Shown one piece after another: positions 34,798 through 37,001 of a stretch of 37,001 nucleotides of DNA (the stretch's first letter is position 1; the number at the start of each line of letters is the position of its first letter). Made by a program: the position numbers and the translations under genes. Below the pieces are notes generated by a model. It made no database searches. It saw only the letters and a program-made list of their open reading frames with translations, and was not told the origin of the DNA. Origin of the DNA: a virus (Duplodnaviria; Caudoviricetes); IMG/VR virus record IMGVR_UViG_3300012348_000089, positions 1 to 37,001 of that record; one strand, written 5' to 3'.

Positions 34798-35451
34798 ATG
34801 TGGAACAAACTAACAATACAACAAGCGCAAGAGATTGATAAACTAAGACGCAACTTATCTAAAGAAGATACTGAAATTGATATTGAAACCCGTCTATTGT
34901 CAATTATCTTAAACAAGAATCAATCAGAGATTGACAGTTTAGGATGGCAAGAGTATTTAGACCAACGGGCAGCTTTGAAGTTTTTAGAGCAAGAGCCTGA
35001 GGGTTCGCCTATTCAGTACGTTACTATCGGAAAACGTAAGTACCGTTTTGTTTACGATATTAGACAAATGCCATTTGCAAGGTACATTGAAAGCAAAACA
35101 TTCGCTAAAGACTTTGTTGGCAACTTACATAAGTTAGCCGCTTCAATGGTTATACCGCAGCGCAAAACATGGTACGGCAAATGGAAAGATACAAAGTACG
35201 ATGCGAGTAAGCATATTGAATATTCTAACGATATGCTTCAAGCACCGTTTGAGGCTGTTTACGGATCAGCGGTTTTTTTTTATCATCTATACAAGAATTG
35301 GATAATAGCTTCAAAGGATTATATGATAGCCGAACAAGTGAAGAGGGGAAAGAGTCAGGAAGAAGCAGAAAAGCTGGTGAACAGTTTGTTAAAGTCTATG
35401 GATGGCATTGGACAGCTGAGGAAATTAAGAACTATCTCGGAATCACTTTAG
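34798..35451 (+). CDS. tail assembly chaperone (gpG-like)
   Basis: 217 aa containing slippery GTT TTT TTT with an overlapping -1 frame ORF. Confidence 0.65.
   Translation: MWNKLTIQQAQEIDKLRRNLSKEDTEIDIETRLLSIILNKNQSEIDSLGWQEYLDQRAALKFLEQEPEGSPIQYVTIGKRKYRFVYDIRQMPFARYIESKTFAKDFVGNLHKLAASMVIPQRKTWYGKWKDTKYDASKHIEYSNDMLQAPFEAVYGSAVFFYHLYKNWIIASKDYMIAEQVKRGKSQEEAEKLVNSLLKSMDGIGQLRKLRTISESL
35272..35281 (+). other. programmed -1 frameshift site
   Basis: G plus T9; heptamer T TTT TTT in frame. Confidence 0.7.
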
Positions 35452-35549
35452 AGGCTGTTTTTGAACTGCCCACCATTGAAGCCGTTAACGCAATGAGTTA
35501 TTTAAAAGGAAAGTCAAAATATTTGCAGGAATTGCAGAAAAATGGTTAG
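35280..35549 (+). CDS. -1 frame extension of the tail chaperone (gpGT-like C-terminus)
   Basis: Open -1 frame LSSIQELDNSF...VYGWHW...VFELP...; no credible start codon of its own. Confidence 0.65.
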   Translation, partial: LSSIQELDNSFKGLYDSRTSEEGKESGRSRKAGEQFVKVYGWHWTAEEIKNYLGITLEAVFELPTIEAVNAMSYLKGKSKYLQELQKNG

Positions 35550-35582
35550 ATTGCAGTTTTGATTCATGTACAACAAGGGTTT

Positions 35583-35612
35583 CCCGCTTCGTTTCTACGG
35601 GGCGGGTTTTTT
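35583..35612 (+). terminator. intrinsic terminator
   Basis: CCCGCTTCGT-TTCT-ACGGGGCGGG followed by T6. Confidence 0.75.
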
Positions 35613-35615
35613 GTT

Positions 35616-35645
35616 TTGCGAATTGAGAAATAGTTGTATATTAGC
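35616..35645 (+). promoter_or_regulatory. putative host-type promoter of a moron
   Basis: TTGCGA-N15-TATATTAGC. Confidence 0.55.
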
Positions 35646-35665
35646 GGAAACAAAAACCATAAAAC

Positions 35666-35884
35666 ATGAAATTAGAATTTGTTAACGGGAATCTTTCCCT
35701 AGTTTCAAGCCCAAATGGATTAGAAGGGGCTGTAAATGTTTCAATTGAAGCAGAAGATGATAATTTAGTTTTTTGCATATTTGGCGCATTATCAACTAAT
35801 GAAGAAACGGCAGTAACTTATGAAATAAGTAGGGGCGAAGCCTTGTATCTTTTAAATTTTATTAAATCTTTCTTAAAAGAGTAA
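35666..35884 (+). CDS. moron-like hypothetical protein
   Basis: 72 aa with its own promoter and flanking terminators. Confidence 0.65.
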   Translation: MKLEFVNGNLSLVSSPNGLEGAVNVSIEAEDDNLVFCIFGALSTNEETAVTYEISRGEALYLLNFIKSFLKE

Positions 35885-35923
35885 AATAGTTTTGTGAGCT
35901 ATTCGTTAACATCATAGCTTAAC

Positions 35924-35951
35924 GCCCTTAGTTTCCACTAGGGGCTTTTTT
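35924..35951 (+). terminator. intrinsic terminator
   Basis: GCCCTTAGT-TTCC-ACTAGGGGC followed by T6. Confidence 0.75.
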
Positions 35952-35956
35952 ATGCC

Positions 35957-35985
35957 TAGACCGATAATCCCGCTTTTTCTATTTA
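35957..35985 (+). promoter_or_regulatory. putative phage late promoter TAGACC-N16-CTATTTA
   Basis: Immediately after a terminator, 4 nt before ATG 35990. Confidence 0.7.
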
Positions 35986-35989
35986 ATGT

Positions 35990-36640
35990 ATGGCTATTAC
36001 GGCAAATCAGGTAAAGTTTTTAAAGGACAAGTTTCTGCAAACGGCGGGAATGGCAAGGCAAAACAATAAGTTAGAAGTAGTTGAGCAGATACTTTCCGAT
36101 TACGCTAAGAAGTTTATCACAACAGCATACGCAAACGCCAATAAAGAAGGGTTAGACTACAAAGGCTCAATAGGATCTGATTTATCTTTTAGGGTTACCG
36201 AAAACGGCTCAAGTTACGAAATAGCCATAGGCTACCCGTCTACTAGCCCTGCGGCCGAATATTACGATTTTCAAAACAAGGGGGTGGCAGGAGTTGGGAA
36301 GTCCATTGCCTCCCCTTATTCTTTTAAGACTATGTACCCGTCTCGCAAAATGGTATCGGCCATTGAAGAGTGGGTACGGTTTAACGGTATATCAAATAGA
36401 GCAGAAGACCAAGCACGTAACCTATCCGCATTGCAAACTAAGCGTAAAAGACTGAGTGACACGCAAGAAACAGCCTTTGCAATAGCAATGGGTATAAAGC
36501 GTAAGGGAATTAAACAAACCCTATACTTTGACAATGCAATAACATCCACTTTTAATAAAGACTTTGTGAACGTACTAAGTAAGGCATTAGCCGCAGATGT
36601 TTCACTAAAACTAATACAGACAAATGGCAATAACAATTAA
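35990..36640 (+). CDS. neck/tail completion protein (HK97 gp10-like)
   Basis: YYDFQNKGV.G, IEEWVR and AFAIAMGIKRKGIK motifs. Confidence 0.6.
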   Translation: MAITANQVKFLKDKFLQTAGMARQNNKLEVVEQILSDYAKKFITTAYANANKEGLDYKGSIGSDLSFRVTENGSSYEIAIGYPSTSPAAEYYDFQNKGVAGVGKSIASPYSFKTMYPSRKMVSAIEEWVRFNGISNRAEDQARNLSALQTKRKRLSDTQETAFAIAMGIKRKGIKQTLYFDNAITSTFNKDFVNVLSKALAADVSLKLIQTNGNNN

Positions 36641-37001
36641 TTCAGTACCCGCTACCTTTGCATCGTTACATGACGATGCTTGGTTTGTTGTGAGTAGCGA
36701 TAACGCAACGCAAGATAACTTCAAGTATGTATTTGATGCTTACGTATCGGGTGAACTTACAAGCAGGGTAAAGGTAATACCCGCTGCATCTGCTGAGGGT
36801 AGTTATGGAATATACAACTCAGCGCCGATTATCCGTAACTACATGACGAACTATTTTAAGCCAGTTGAGGGTAGTGTATTACAGCATAGTTCGGATGAAA
36901 TACGAATTGAATACGATATAAGATTTGGGGAAGAAGTATCGGGAGTATTAACTACTAATCTAGCATCGGGAACTTACAAAGGGTACAACTACTATTCGCC
37001 G
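36624..37001 (+). CDS. distal tail (Dit-like) protein, 5' part, continues at the window start
   Basis: ATG 36624 MAITINSVP..., open to the end of the window and in frame with 2..901. Confidence 0.7.
   Translation, partial: MAITINSVPATFASLHDDAWFVVSSDNATQDNFKYVFDAYVSGELTSRVKVIPAASAEGSYGIYNSAPIIRNYMTNYFKPVEGSVLQHSSDEIRIEYDIRFGEEVSGVLTTNLASGTYKGYNYYSP
36947..37001. repeat. terminal direct repeat (assembly overlap), copy 2
   Basis: Identical to 1-55. Confidence 0.97.

Noticed and set aside
1-37001. Stop-codon reassignment or a lysogeny module
   Set aside because: Genes tile densely in the standard code with TAA, TAG and TGA all used as stops; no integrase or CI-like gene recognised

Overview
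This is an apparently complete, circularly permuted siphovirus-type phage genome of 36,946 bp; bases 1-55 repeat 36947-37001, an assembly overlap. The host is most likely a Bacteroidota bacterium, judging by TAnnTTTG-type promoters, A-rich SD-less start regions and signal peptides cleaved before Gln. No integrase or CI-type repressor is visible. The virion module is rearranged (TerS-TerL-tail chaperone-neck-Dit-hub-TMP-protease-scaffold-MCP-tail tube-portal-adaptor-terminator-fibre). It is followed by lysis genes, a leftward accessory block, and recombination/replication genes (RecT, SSB, Mom-like, VRR-NUC, DCL, primase-DUF3987, iteron origin). A phage sigma factor and a glycosyltransferase/acyltransferase block complete the genome. 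Most striking: (1) the tail-fibre-like protein and its neighbour carry Sec signal peptides and clustered Bacteroidota O-glycosylation sequons; (2) an integron attC-like site and cassette-like gene occur without an integrase; (3) four TTGACC-N16/17-CTATTTA-N4-ATG putative leaderless late promoters; (4) a three-hairpin kissing-loop leader RNA before the replication genes; (5) an anticodon-less tRNA-like element; (6) an HNH gene inserted between 10-bp repeats in a gene start. All protein calls come from motif recognition by eye, not database searches.
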